From Paraspadella gotoi (lineage: Eukaryota; Animalia; Chaetognatha), in contig CM119266.1 in assembly GCA_051294375.1 (NCBI GenBank), positions 16,362,087-16,426,086 on the forward strand: a DNA stretch of 64,000 nt. The letters are read 5' to 3'. Of the stretch, positions 46,801-59,337 are shown one piece after another (within the stretch, counting starts at the first letter, position 1; each line of letters begins with the position of its first letter). The position numbers were made by a program, and so were the translations under genes. The notes under the pieces are model-generated. The model did not search any database, was not told the DNA's origin, and was given only the letters and a program-made list of their open reading frames with translations.

Positions 46801-49800
46801 CAGATGTTCTGGTGGAAAGATTAAAAAAGCGATTATACTGGAAAGAGATGGAAAAAATTGCCAAGTCTCGCGGCGAAAAAACTGGACTTTGGAAAGCTAA
46901 CCGGAGCCCTTCACCAGAAATTTGCAGCAAATGGAATGATAAAGGGCTTAATCATTGCAGCAGTCGAAATAGTTGCAGGTGAGAACTTAACTTTTTCCTG
47001 ATTTTCTTAATACTACATTAATAAAATTTTATTTACATATTTAATTAATACAAAGCAAAATTGTATTTCTTATAAAAAATAATAAGAAATAACAAAAAAG
47101 TATTTAGGCATTGTTTGCCCCAACTAGTTACCCCCTCTTCCACAGGGCCCCATAAACCCATATCTCGATTCGGGGGTCGAATTTTAAAATTCGCCTGGAG
47201 AATTTTATTTGTATGGTCATAGGGACCTGTATTTACTTTTCACTTAATTATAAAAAGGTTACAAAAAGGTCACTTACTATCGGTGTAATTTAGTATGATT
47301 GAATCATTTACAATCTTGTCATATATAACAAAAAAGATATTGGTAAGATTTATAATTTTATTATGCCTTATTTGATTAGCTAAAAGATGGTACTGGTATT
47401 TTTTGGGGGTTTGCTGTTGTGGCTGTTTGGTTGGCGGGGAACAAACGACGGCGTAAGTCCGCAATTTTAAACACATGATCGCGCAAATTGCTATGGCGGC
47501 TTTTGAATCGACGTAAACGTAAACGTAAACCTCTGGTCTGAGGGTGACAATCTTGGGCGCAAAGGCGCCGTCGCGCGAAATCGTTTTGTCGGTTCCTGAA
47601 TGGATAGCCGATGGCTACGGGAGCGACACCGATAAGGTATGGCCGCATTGATAACGTCAATCGCGAGGCTCATAGTATCCGCAATATTTCCATCTCTTTG
47701 AACGCGAGTTTGTGTAAAGACATGGACCGTTTTGGCGGTGAAAGTTTTAGCAGCCCAAAAAAGTTCTACGTTATGGGTGTGTGCGGGTGGGTAGTGTCGG
47801 GTTGTTGTAGCGGTAGCGAGTATTGTGCGAATGTCGCCATGCATCCGTCGTGGAGACAATGCTGGTAGAAATTGAAGCGTTCGCGCAAACCGTAATATAT
47901 GTTCGTGAAGGCGAGTTCTTGTAACCAATGAAGCCAGCCAAGAAAACAACGCTTATGGTCAGAAAAATGAAGGTGGCCGTGATATCCAAGGAGGCGATAT
48001 TTCGATCCTCTGAAGTTGCGAATTGCCGCGATGAAAATGCCTATGGTCGTTGTTCGTCAAATACCTCATCGACAGCCAAGGCATTAGGCATTCGCAACGT
48101 ATCTTGTCGTCATATTTTTGCGTGGCAGCGTCAGCAACTTTTTCATCGTCTATGGCGACTGAGAAAATGATGTTATTAGTGATCGGTCGGGGAAATTTTT
48201 TTCAAAAAGCACAATAAATATGGACACTAAATTGGTTAGGACAGACCGTATTTAAAGACAATTGTTTGATTTTAATCTTATTTGTCTAGGTTGTTACACC
48301 GATGCAAAAGCTGTTGGGGACCCAATCCGTACATAAACTGCAGTGTTTGTAATATTGAAGCGAGACCGGGCGGTTCTAAGGATTGCGACGAGTTTGAAAC
48401 TGCTGCCGGATGTGCACGAGGTCTTGCTTGTAATATGATTCATCGCTGCTCTAAGTGTAAGTTAACCTTTTTGGAATTTCGTATGGACTGCCGGTGCTAT
48501 GCGCCCGAGCTTCCTGTGGATTCTGACAGCGTTCGTGGATGCCCAATGATGAAGCACGAGAGTGGGAATGATATCAAGTACGTCAAAGATGAGTCTCAAG
48601 ACAAGCCCGATAAAAACGCCGCGTTTCCCAAAGATATTTGCCGCATGTTCAACCTGGGTATATGTCGCAATGAAAATTGCAATCAGAAGCATCGGTGCTC
48701 AAAATGCTTGAAGATCAATACAGGGTTGATGACTTGCACTTGCTTGGGAGCGCGTGAATTTCGCAATACCATATCATCGGGCGTAAAGGAATCCAAAAAG
48801 CCCGACCTTCCACTTGGTGGATGCATCAAATTTAATCTAAGCTACTGCTCAGAAGGTTGCGAAGTCGGACACCACTGCGCCATCTGCTTGGGGAAAAACC
48901 CTGCCAAAATTTGCGCTTGTCAAGGGGCGAAGGATTTGCGCAAATCGATGGCAATGCTCGAACAGTACGAGACACGGAAAAAGAAGAAAAACCAGGAAAG
49001 ACGCGACCGACTGGGATGGCCAGAAGATATTTGTCGAGAGTTCAATATTAAAGAATGCACGACTAAGGTAAGTAATTTGTTTCGACTTTTTCTTAATTAA
49101 AGAATAAGAGATGTAAAATGTAGTCTTTTCTCCATTATTTTAAAATTAGATTTGTAAAAAACTTCATTCTTGTGTAAAATGTGGATCTTCGTCGGCTATT
49201 ACTTCCTGCGTCTGTGAAGCAGCTGCCATTTTTCGCGCCGATGTCGACGGGGAAATAAAGAAAATGGACCAGGTGACCGAGATGTTGAGCAAAGAAGTAG
49301 CCGAAAAATCAACGGACCTAAACTATATTCGTGGAGGATGGCCAAGAGGTGAAAAAAACTTTTTTTTTTCTGGCTAACATTTTGATGAATTTATTTTAAG
49401 CATAAATAAAACGTTTAATAAACTACATTATAACTGATCAATTAATTTTAATGAGTAAAAAAACATAGCATGTGAAGAACATTTCGATAAACCTTTTTTG
49501 TGATTCTTTCTTTCGTTGCGTTTGAAATTAGTAAAGTATGTTTATTATTGTTTACAACAACAACAACAAAATTGGACATGTTTCGGCTATAATATGTTAG
49601 CCTTCATCAGAGCATGAATCGAATGTGAAATGAGACAATTTTTTGAGAGATAGAGAGTGAAAGAGATGAGCAGAGGTAATAGTGAGGGAGTTTGAAAAGA
49701 ATTGTAAGGTCACTTAGGTTTAGTGGTTATTAAGTCGGGCCAAAAATTAACATTTTTTACAATATGAAAAGTCTGCAATAAAAATCTTTTGTCCTTGTAC

Positions 49801-52800
49801 AATCAAATTGACTTATGATGTTAGATTTTGATTAAATTAATTTTCCTCATGAATGAAAGCGTTTTAATATTTAACAATATGTAAGAAAGAAAAAAATTTT
49901 AAGAAATTTAAATTTTTATAAATGGATTCTGATAAAGATTAAAGAATTAGATAAAAGTTAGTACTATAAATTTCAAAAAATTTTATGATAAATGGGCTAA
50001 AATTTGAAAAAACCTTAAAAAAATCATCATCATCATTCATTAAATTTTTTAGTTTTGTTAATTTTTAAAAATCATTAAAATTTCAAAAAGTTTTAATAAT
50101 AACCATCATCCAACTTTTCAAGCTTTATCAGAATCCATTAAAATCCATATTAAAACAAGTTTGAGCAAACAATGCCGGATCTGCCCACGATCATTAGCGG
50201 TAAGCAGCTGATCAGATAATTAATTTTTATTTATTTATTATTTATTCGAGTCAAAATCGTTTTCTATTTTGTCTCGCCTCTCAATCACAAAACAATCTCG
50301 ATCACAAAATTAATTACTTATTTATTATTAATTAATTAATGCAGCTTAAATTTACATTTAATATAAAAATAAAAAAGCATAATCAAATAGTAAAATATAT
50401 TGTTTGTTTTTTCCATTTTAACTCATTTCCACTTGGACGATTCCATCGAAACTTTATTTCCTGCTCAATTTCCTCCCTACATACAAAATTTGAGGTCATT
50501 CACCCCATTCACTCGTAAGTAATTGGCGTTCAAATGGTGAAATATATTTTTTTGTTTTTTTCCATTTTAACTCATTTGCAGTCGAACGATTCCAGCGAAA
50601 CTCGATTTCCAGCTCAATCACACACTTTCTTACCCACACAAAAAAATTTCATTCCAATCCATCCGTCAAATCACGAGTAATTGGTGTTTTTTGCTAAGGT
50701 GGGATGGACGGACATTTCTTTTGCATCATTTACAGACAAAGTGAATTATAGAACCGGAATCTGCTGAAAGCAGATCCGGCTAAAAATGTTTTGACATTAT
50801 ATAGTATTTGGATGATATAAAATAGCTTCCACGAGTTTAACTATAAGAGAAATCTTAATTTGTTTTTTATTTTCACGATCCTTAATAATCACATTAACAA
50901 TACAGAGTTTGGACTTTAATCTTACCCCCTTAATTGATCTTTCCCCATGCACGATTGTTTTACAAAATTGTTTGATTTTTATAGAAGAAGAATCGTTAAG
51001 GATTTTTCTATCTTTTGTAAATCTTCAGTAAATTGAATTACCATACAATTACTGGGATTAGGTCCCTGACTTATAAACCATCGATCTATATTATTTATAC
51101 AGCATAATATACTATGTTACTAGTATAAAGTAAGAATTTTTTTAATATAATTTCTCCGAATTTTGGCTAAAGGGCATTATGCCCTATATAATACAGTATC
51201 TAAAATCATATGGATATTGCAGTATGGGGCGAATTAAATGTAACACTAAACAGTACTTGTAACCGGAATTATATCAAACTCGACCCATTATTGAATACAC
51301 AGTGGTATCAAGAATATAAAGACTTTTTCATATCGTCTACTCATTTTTGGAAGGGTCCTAAGGAAGGTATACTTCATAAATGAGTATCTGACATAAGCTA
51401 AACATGAAGTAAAATAACTAATCAAAAAATTGAAAAAATAAATTTTTCAGATATATCATTAAGTACAAATTATCGAGGGAATTAGTAATTTTTCCTATGG
51501 GAAGTAAGTTTTAAGTCCGAACCCTGTATTTATACAGGACTTCTTAGTTTGTACACTGCGGCGCAAAAAAAAGAAGACGCTTCTTTTACACCAAAAAAAA
51601 CTATATTGGATGGATGAATTTCACTGAGATATAGAAACATAAAACAAAGCTTATTGAAAGATAAAGCGATTGGTCCAGGTCCCATTAAAATCGATTAAAG
51701 CATCAGAAAGTGATAGGATGTCAAAATCGATTGGTACAAAACATCTGATAAGAATTAATTAATTTTAATAAAAAAGTTTCTGATTTTTCCTTATTATAAT
51801 ATATTTATAATATGAAATTAGCTGAACAAATTCTATCTGTAGGGATAGGTGTCAACCATTTTCAACCCAAATAAAATTAAAATAAGTAAGGAAACTATAT
51901 TGAAAAAAATTTTTTTAAAAATTATAAAAAAACAGTTGAGTAATAACTTACCCAAAGTTAATTTCAAAGCTTTTTCACATCAAAGTTTTTTCCTTATGGC
52001 ATCTCGTGTTAAAGCAGACTAATATAAACTCTTACAATTATATTAAAATAATTTTTTTTTTATTATAAAATTATATTTTTATTTTGAGATAATTTTCAAA
52101 AAAATTGTTTTTAATTTTTATTAATAAAATGCTATATATAGGATCCTTTCTTTCGTTGCGTTTGTTAATAGAGGCAAAGCTTTTATTTCATTCAACAACA
52201 AGATTTTGAAAATTAAATGGCAGTAATTAAAAAAATGTTTTTATAAAAAAGTTTGTCATTTGGGTCGCTACCATACAAATTTATTTCCAACCCTTTTATA
52301 TGTTTAATTCCATTATGATTTTGTTAATTCTATATTGTAAACATCAGTCAGAAAAAGAAGTGTGAGGAATACTAATCTTTGGAAATCACTTTTTCTCAAT
52401 TCCATTTTGGGACTCTGACTTTAAAGTCTTGCTGTATTCTACTTCCTGAACCAATTCAAATTTTTCTTGCACCAATCGATAGCTCTTTAAAAAAGCTATA
52501 CTTTTCATATATATTTTCTCAAAATGAAAAAAGAAATAGTGGTGTATTTAAAGCTACTTAGTGTCTTCTTTTTTTTTTGCGCCGCAGTGTAACCTGTTCC
52601 GCCTTAGTGGTTATCAATTATGCTACAGTTGGAAAGTAGTATAAGTAAAGGGAGATTAAAACAAAATAGTAATAAAGTGAAATAAAATAAAAAGCTCAAA
52701 ATAAAGCTGGCCCCCTCCCGGAAAAAGGCGAGGCAGTGCCGATGAGTCTGGAACATTGGCGTATCATAGGCGTTGGGATTGTTGAGTGGATATTAGACCT

Positions 52801-55105
52801 TGCCATATATGAAAAGTTTTGAAATCAAAAAACGAGTATTGTGTAAAATTTTATAATGGAATTATGACTTTTAAATAAGGTAGTTTTTTTAATTTTTTTT
52901 CTATATAAAAGAAAAAGAAAAATTGACAAAAGCGATTAAATGATTAAAAATTGATAAAATGAGACAAAAAGAGTAAAATTAATGAAAGTTAAGCAACTGA
53001 GAGAAGTTGCTTGCTGCTTACCGATCGAGAAGAAAAAAATCATCATCTAGAGTGCCAAAGAAAGAAAACTAGTTATTCTATTTTTTTCATAAATTACCTT
53101 TGTCAAGCTAGTTCTCCAGAACTGAGTTGAATTATAATTTGTGTTAAATATATTGCTTAATCAAAGGTTGTAAAAGACTTGGAAAAATATATTAAGCTTG
53201 CTTGATTAATTTAAGAATAGATCCGACTTGTTAGTAAATTCATCAACTATAAAAGATATGAAATGAATAAAAATCAAAGATGAATTAAAAATTATATTTA
53301 TTTCAAAACTAAATCGACTATTTACAATAGACTTAATTATTAACTATAAATCATGAATAGATAACAAAAAAATAGAATAACTAGTTTTTTTTCTTTGGCA
53401 CTATACCTTTTTTTTCTCGACCGGCAAGCAGCAAGCAACTCTTTTCTCAGTTATTTAACTTTCATTAATTTTACTCTTTTTGTCTCATTTTATCAATTTT
53501 TAATCATTTAATCGCTTTTGTCAATTTTTCTTTATATTTTATAGAGAAAAAAAATTAAAAAAACTACCTTATTTAAAAGTCATAATTCCATTATAAAATG
53601 ATAAAAATTGAAAAAAACTTTAATGACCTGGTGAGACAAAATATTAAAGTTACCCATTGTCAAATCAGAATTTACTATTTTTTTATTTAATCTGAGAAAA
53701 GTGCATTCCCTTTTTCCCTTTAGCCTAGTTCAAACCTATTAAATAAAAATAATTATTAAGGAAAGTGATTTTTTTTAAATTTAAAAAAATTATAACTTTT
53801 TAACCGATAATCCTTTTTTAAAAATTCTTTCAGCAAAACAAAGGCAATTTATTTATTCAATTCGCCATAATTTTTTTTACAAAATATTTCATGAACTTTG
53901 TTAAAAATATCATTTTTAAAATTTTTTATCAAAAATTGCCCAAAACAATAGGTTTTAAAAAAATTTTACTTAGTATAAAATTCACTTAATTTATAATGCA
54001 AGGTATGTAACAGTCAATTTTTTCCGCTCTACAAGATAGTTTGGGTTTCGTCTCTCTAGCAATAAAGCTTTTAAAGATATTTAGCAAAAAGTCCATTTTT
54101 TACCATTTTTTTCATTTTTTTCAAAGTTGGCAGCATTTACTGTAAATTTATTTTTGAAAAAAATGTTCAAAAAATTCATATGATGTATGGGCACCTTTTA
54201 CACAATACTCGTTTTTTGATTTCAAAACTTTTCATATATGGCAAGGTCTAGTGGACATTGTGAAAATTCATTGGGCCTCTCTAATATCCATTTGGCCGAT
54301 ACTCCTGCCGATTGCCCTCTTCTCACTAAAGGGTAAGGTGGGCTGGCACTAGTTCTTACTGCCTTGGCAGCAGGACTAGGGCCTTCCCCTCTTCTAACTG
54401 AAGGCGTCTTTTGGGTTGACACCCTGCCCAAAAGGGTCGGGTTGAATTGCTGCAGTGTCAGAGGTTGCCCATCGTCATTTGAGAGGTCTCCGCCTGTCAC
54501 GTTGAGTAGTGGCAGGAGACATTTTGGTTCCGGGCCCTCCATGTTTTGATAAGCGAATTGTAGCTTGGAGAGAGTTGGAATTGTCCTCCATCCAAGTTCA
54601 AAGAGTGTTTCAGTTATTGTCATAGGCCACCCAGAGACATTCTGTTTCTCTAAACAGATAGCCGGTTTCTGGCTAACATAGCCGAAACCTGTCCAAAATT
54701 TAATAAAGTAGTTGTGTTAAACAATAAAAAACTTATTTTACATTTTCTCGTTTTACTTTTCTATTCTATTAGGCGTGTGCAAAAATTTTAACGTTGGAAC
54801 TTGTCCTTTCCCGGTAAGTCGCGTTATAATTTTCTGTTCAGAAAGTTCTTTTGACTGAAATATATCTATATAAACTAAATGTTCTCGAGTGCGAATATTA
54901 GCTGAAATTATTGTATGAAAATTTCAAAATTACTTGTTTTACTCTTTTAAGTCTTAGATTTTATAATATTCATGAGGCAAAATGGTTTTTGTTTTACAAC
55001 GAATTTTTTTATTTTTCATAGAAAAAACGGACATGTTTTCGGCTTTTAGTTGCTTCAGGTCAAACAATTTGTGAATTTTGGACAGTTTTTTTGTGTGAAA
55101 GAAGG

Positions 55106-55136
<31 letters not shown>

Positions 55137-57259
55137 CAAAGTTTCCAACACAGAGTTGAGAAAAGATAGTGGTCAAGTGGTGAGGACAGGTTAAGAATGA
55201 GGACAAATAGAGATTTTAGTTGTGAATAGGAAATGAAATGGTCAGAGTGAGAGAGATTGAGAGAGAGAGAGGGAGACAGGGAGAGAGAAAATAATACATT
55301 TCAAATGTACAACAAATAAAGTTTTAAACTAAATAAACAGTTATTACAATTAAATAAATAATAAGTTTGAGTGGAGGTGAAAATGAAATGTGAAAGTGAG
55401 AAAATACATTTAGTGTTAATAAAGTTAGAAATTAAGAGTTAAGATAGAGCTCAAAGTGAGCTGGCCCCCTTGGTTTGGACAAATGAGAGGCTCGGGCGAT
55501 GGGCTGGGTCATTGGTGTGTCATTGGTTGAGAGGACAATTGAACCGAACATGTTATTGTCGGGCTAGGGAGGCTTCCTTGCGGAAAGATTCCAAGCGCTA
55601 CTCGAATGTCTCTTTGGCCTGATACGCCTGCCAGCTGCCCTCTTCTCGCCTGCTGACGAGGTGGGCGGTTGTCAGTTCTTGCCGCTTTTGCGACAGGAGT
55701 GCTGGACTCCCCCCCTCCTCCTGGAGCCGTCGTTTGGTCGACGCTCGCTCCCCAGAGAGAGGGATTGAGTTGCTACAGTTGAGGGAGAGGCATCGCCTGC
55801 CCATTGCCTGCGTAAGGGTCTCCGCCTGTCGCGTTGAGTAGCAACAGGGGAATCATTGTGCGGACGTGGTGGAGGCGGGGCTTCCACCACGCTTTTTATA
55901 AGCGAATCATAGCTTGGAGGGAGGTCGAATCGTCCTCCATCACGGTTCAAAGAGGGTTCAAGAGCTTTGATATAAATTGCCTCTCTAATACCTCTTGAGA
56001 ACCAGTTCGGGTCATGGGACAGCACGAGACAGTCTGACTCTCTAAATGAGTGGCCAGTGTTTGCTGTGTGCTCAGCAACAGCGGACAGGAAGTGCCCGCG
56101 AGCGTTACGGTAATGTTTTGTATGTTGCTGGAACCGATCCGTCAGAGACTTTCCTGTCTCGCCCATGTATGCTGCTGTGCAGGGTTGGTTGCCCGCTCCT
56201 GCACAGGCCGCCCAATAGACAGCTCCTGATGTTTTCGGTCTGGGGATTTTATCTTTCGGTTACACCAATTGCTCACGGAGAGAACCGCGGGTCGTCACTG
56301 AGCTGGAGATCCCCTGCTTTGCTAGCACCCGCACCAATGACTCAGTGATCCCCTGGTGGTAGGGGAGGGACAAGTGAACCACGTTCTTAGGTCGCTTCTG
56401 CTTATCATCCGGGTGCGCTGTGGTGGGCGCGGTCGGCTCTTCAGCAGCAAGCTCCCTTCCAACCTCCTGGGGGGTAGAGGTGGAGTCAGCGTTCGCGGCT
56501 ACTTGGGCAGCCCCTGGTTGGCCACTGCCCTCAGCCAGGCACGGCCGGTACCTAGCTTTCTCGAAGGCCCACACTGGGTAACCGTTGATCACTAAGGCTC
56601 TTTTGACGTGCTCAAGCTCGGCGGCCTGAAGCTCGGGGGTCGACGGAATCAGCTTGGCTCTCCTGGTAAGGGATCTGACCGTGGCGAGCTTGTGAGACAA
56701 GGGCGCATGGGAGTCGAAGGGAATGTACTGATCTGTGTGGGTCGGTTTGCGATATACTGAAAACTCCAATGAGCCGCCCTCTCTGCGCTGAATCAGCACA
56801 TCGAGCATTGGAATTTTCCCATTCACCTCCTTCTCACATGTCCACTTGATGCTCGCATGGATGCTGTTCAAATGGTTCAGGAGGTCCTCAACGAGGTCCC
56901 TCCTCACGGCCAGGATGGTATCGTCTGCTTTCTTTGCTCACTTTGAGCTCTATCTTAACTCTTAATTTCTAACTTTATTAACACTAAATGTATTTTCTCA
57001 CTTTCACATTTCATTTTCACCTCCACTCAAACTTATCTATTTATTTAATTGTTAATAACTGTTTATTTAGTTTAAAACTTTATTTGTTGTACATTTGAAA
57101 TGTATTATTTTCTCTCTCCCTGTCTCCCTCTCTCTCAATCTCTCTCACTCTGACCATTTCATTTCCTATTCACAACTAAAATCTCTATTTGTCCTCATTC
57201 TTAACCTGTCCTCACCACTTGACCACTATTCTTTTCTCAACTCTGTGTTGGAAACTTTG

Positions 57260-57304
<45 letters not shown>

Positions 57305-59286
57305 TCTCCCTTCTTTCACACAAAAAACTGTCCAAAATTCACAAATTGTTTGACGCTGAAGAAGGCTTGCAACTAAAGCCGAAACATGTCCGTTTTTTCT
57401 ATGAAAAATAAAAAAATTCGTTGTAAAACAAAAACCATTTTGCCTCAATACACAGAACAACGAAAGGAAAGGTTATTACCAATATGTCTATAATATTCAT
57501 TAAAATTATATATTACAGGGATCATCTATGCAACACAAGGTTATATTACTTCCTGCCCCAGTTTTCTAAATAGATATTATTACACATCATTTCTCTCAGA
57601 AAATCATTAATGAGAACTTCATAATATCTAAAAGGCTGATCAGAATTGTTAATTTTATTTTTAATTGTTGAAATGTTTAATGTTAATTTTAGAAAGTAGT
57701 TCTTAGGATGAAGCCAAACATCGCTCTTTTTAATAATGAAAAAAAGTAAGGGAGAAAAATCCGAGCGATCCATTTATTATTTCCTAAGTAAAATCATTCA
57801 TATTATATGTTTTGTGAGTTTACATCTCTGTTCAGTTTTAGGGTTATAAATTACAATACCATAGAAATAAATTGTATGAAATATTAAAATGTAGAAGACA
57901 GGATATGAAATATTTCCGCTACAAAGATATATTTTTGTAATGGCAAAAAAATGCTATATTTTTTTTAGTCGGATCTGCTTTCACTTTGTCGGTCCGTCGG
58001 TCCGCCCCCAATCTTGTCGGGCATTCACTTACATCATGTCAGAACATCGAATTATGATAAATTATGCAAAAAAAATGTCTGTTCGTCTGTCCGTCCCACC
58101 TTAGCAAAAAGCTACAATAACTCGTTATTGGGTGGTTGGATTGGAATGTGAATTTTGTGTGTAGGTAGAAAAGTGTGTGATGAAGCTGGATATAAAGTTT
58201 CGATGGAATCGTGAGAGTGAAATGAGTTTAAATGGAAAAAACATAAGTCGCATTTACTAAAATCTTTTTACTTATTTTAACCAATAATTACTCTAATTAA
58301 TCATAATTAGATGGATAGATTGAGTTGAAATTTTGTGTGCGAGTAGGAAAGTGTGTGAAGAAGCTAGATATAAAGTTTTGACGGAATTTTGCCAGTGGAA
58401 ATGAGTTTAAATGGAAAAAACATAAGTCACATTTACTTGAATCTTTATTATTTATGATTACTAATAACTGTTTTAATTAATTAATGTGAAAAAATGATGT
58501 ATTTTAACAAAATTATGCAAGTTGAAAAAATGATGTGAGTTGAAAAAATTATGCTAGTTCAAAAAAATTTTAAAAAAGATTGTGATTATCATCTGATTAG
58601 CTGATTACCGCTTAATTATCATAGGCAGATCCGACATTGTTTGCTCAAACCTGTCAAATATTTCGACTTAGTTACTTAAGTCGTCATAAAAAGAAGGAAA
58701 TGTAAGTGACTTAGATTGAAAGAGACATAACCATTAATTAATTATTATCATTAAATTTTGACCCGGTTTTTGCATAGGCCCACAATCCTCGGTTTGTCAT
58801 TTGATTTCTAGAAATTTTCGGATTTTGGTTTTATTCATAAGTTTTGTTTTTTGACGATGGTCCCCATAAATGGCGTCGGTTGTCCGCCTTCCAAATTATA
58901 AATTAATTTCATAACCAATTTGATAAAAGTCAGCTCTTTGTATTTTGATGCTGGGCGGAGTACATTATAGTATTCCCCGATCTAATACTTAAGGGAGTGG
59001 TCTTTTCATACAATTGAAACATTCTTTGAAATATTATACCACTTCATCCAGGAACTCTGGGAGTGAATAAACGAGACTGTGTGAGAGTCTTGATTGACTG
59101 CTTGCTATGTCATTATCTTGTAAGAGTGAAGGAATGGAATGGATAATTTTTTATATTGGTTGTACCAATTTCATTGAGCTGAAAAGTTAGATATATACTC
59201 TCATCTTCAATGTCCTTTAAAAATGATGAGGTTATTTTTACAATTCTCTCACTCTCTCTCTCTCTTTTTCTTTCTCTCTTTTTCTT

Positions 59287-59337
<51 letters not shown>

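Larger units (their letters stand above)
54973..57447 (-). mobile_element. 5'-truncated Penelope-like element with inverted pseudo-LTRs
   Basis: Inverted repeats 54973-55461 and 56936-57447, each with a hammerhead motif, enclose an RT-thumb/GIY-YIG ORF remnant. Confidence 0.9.
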
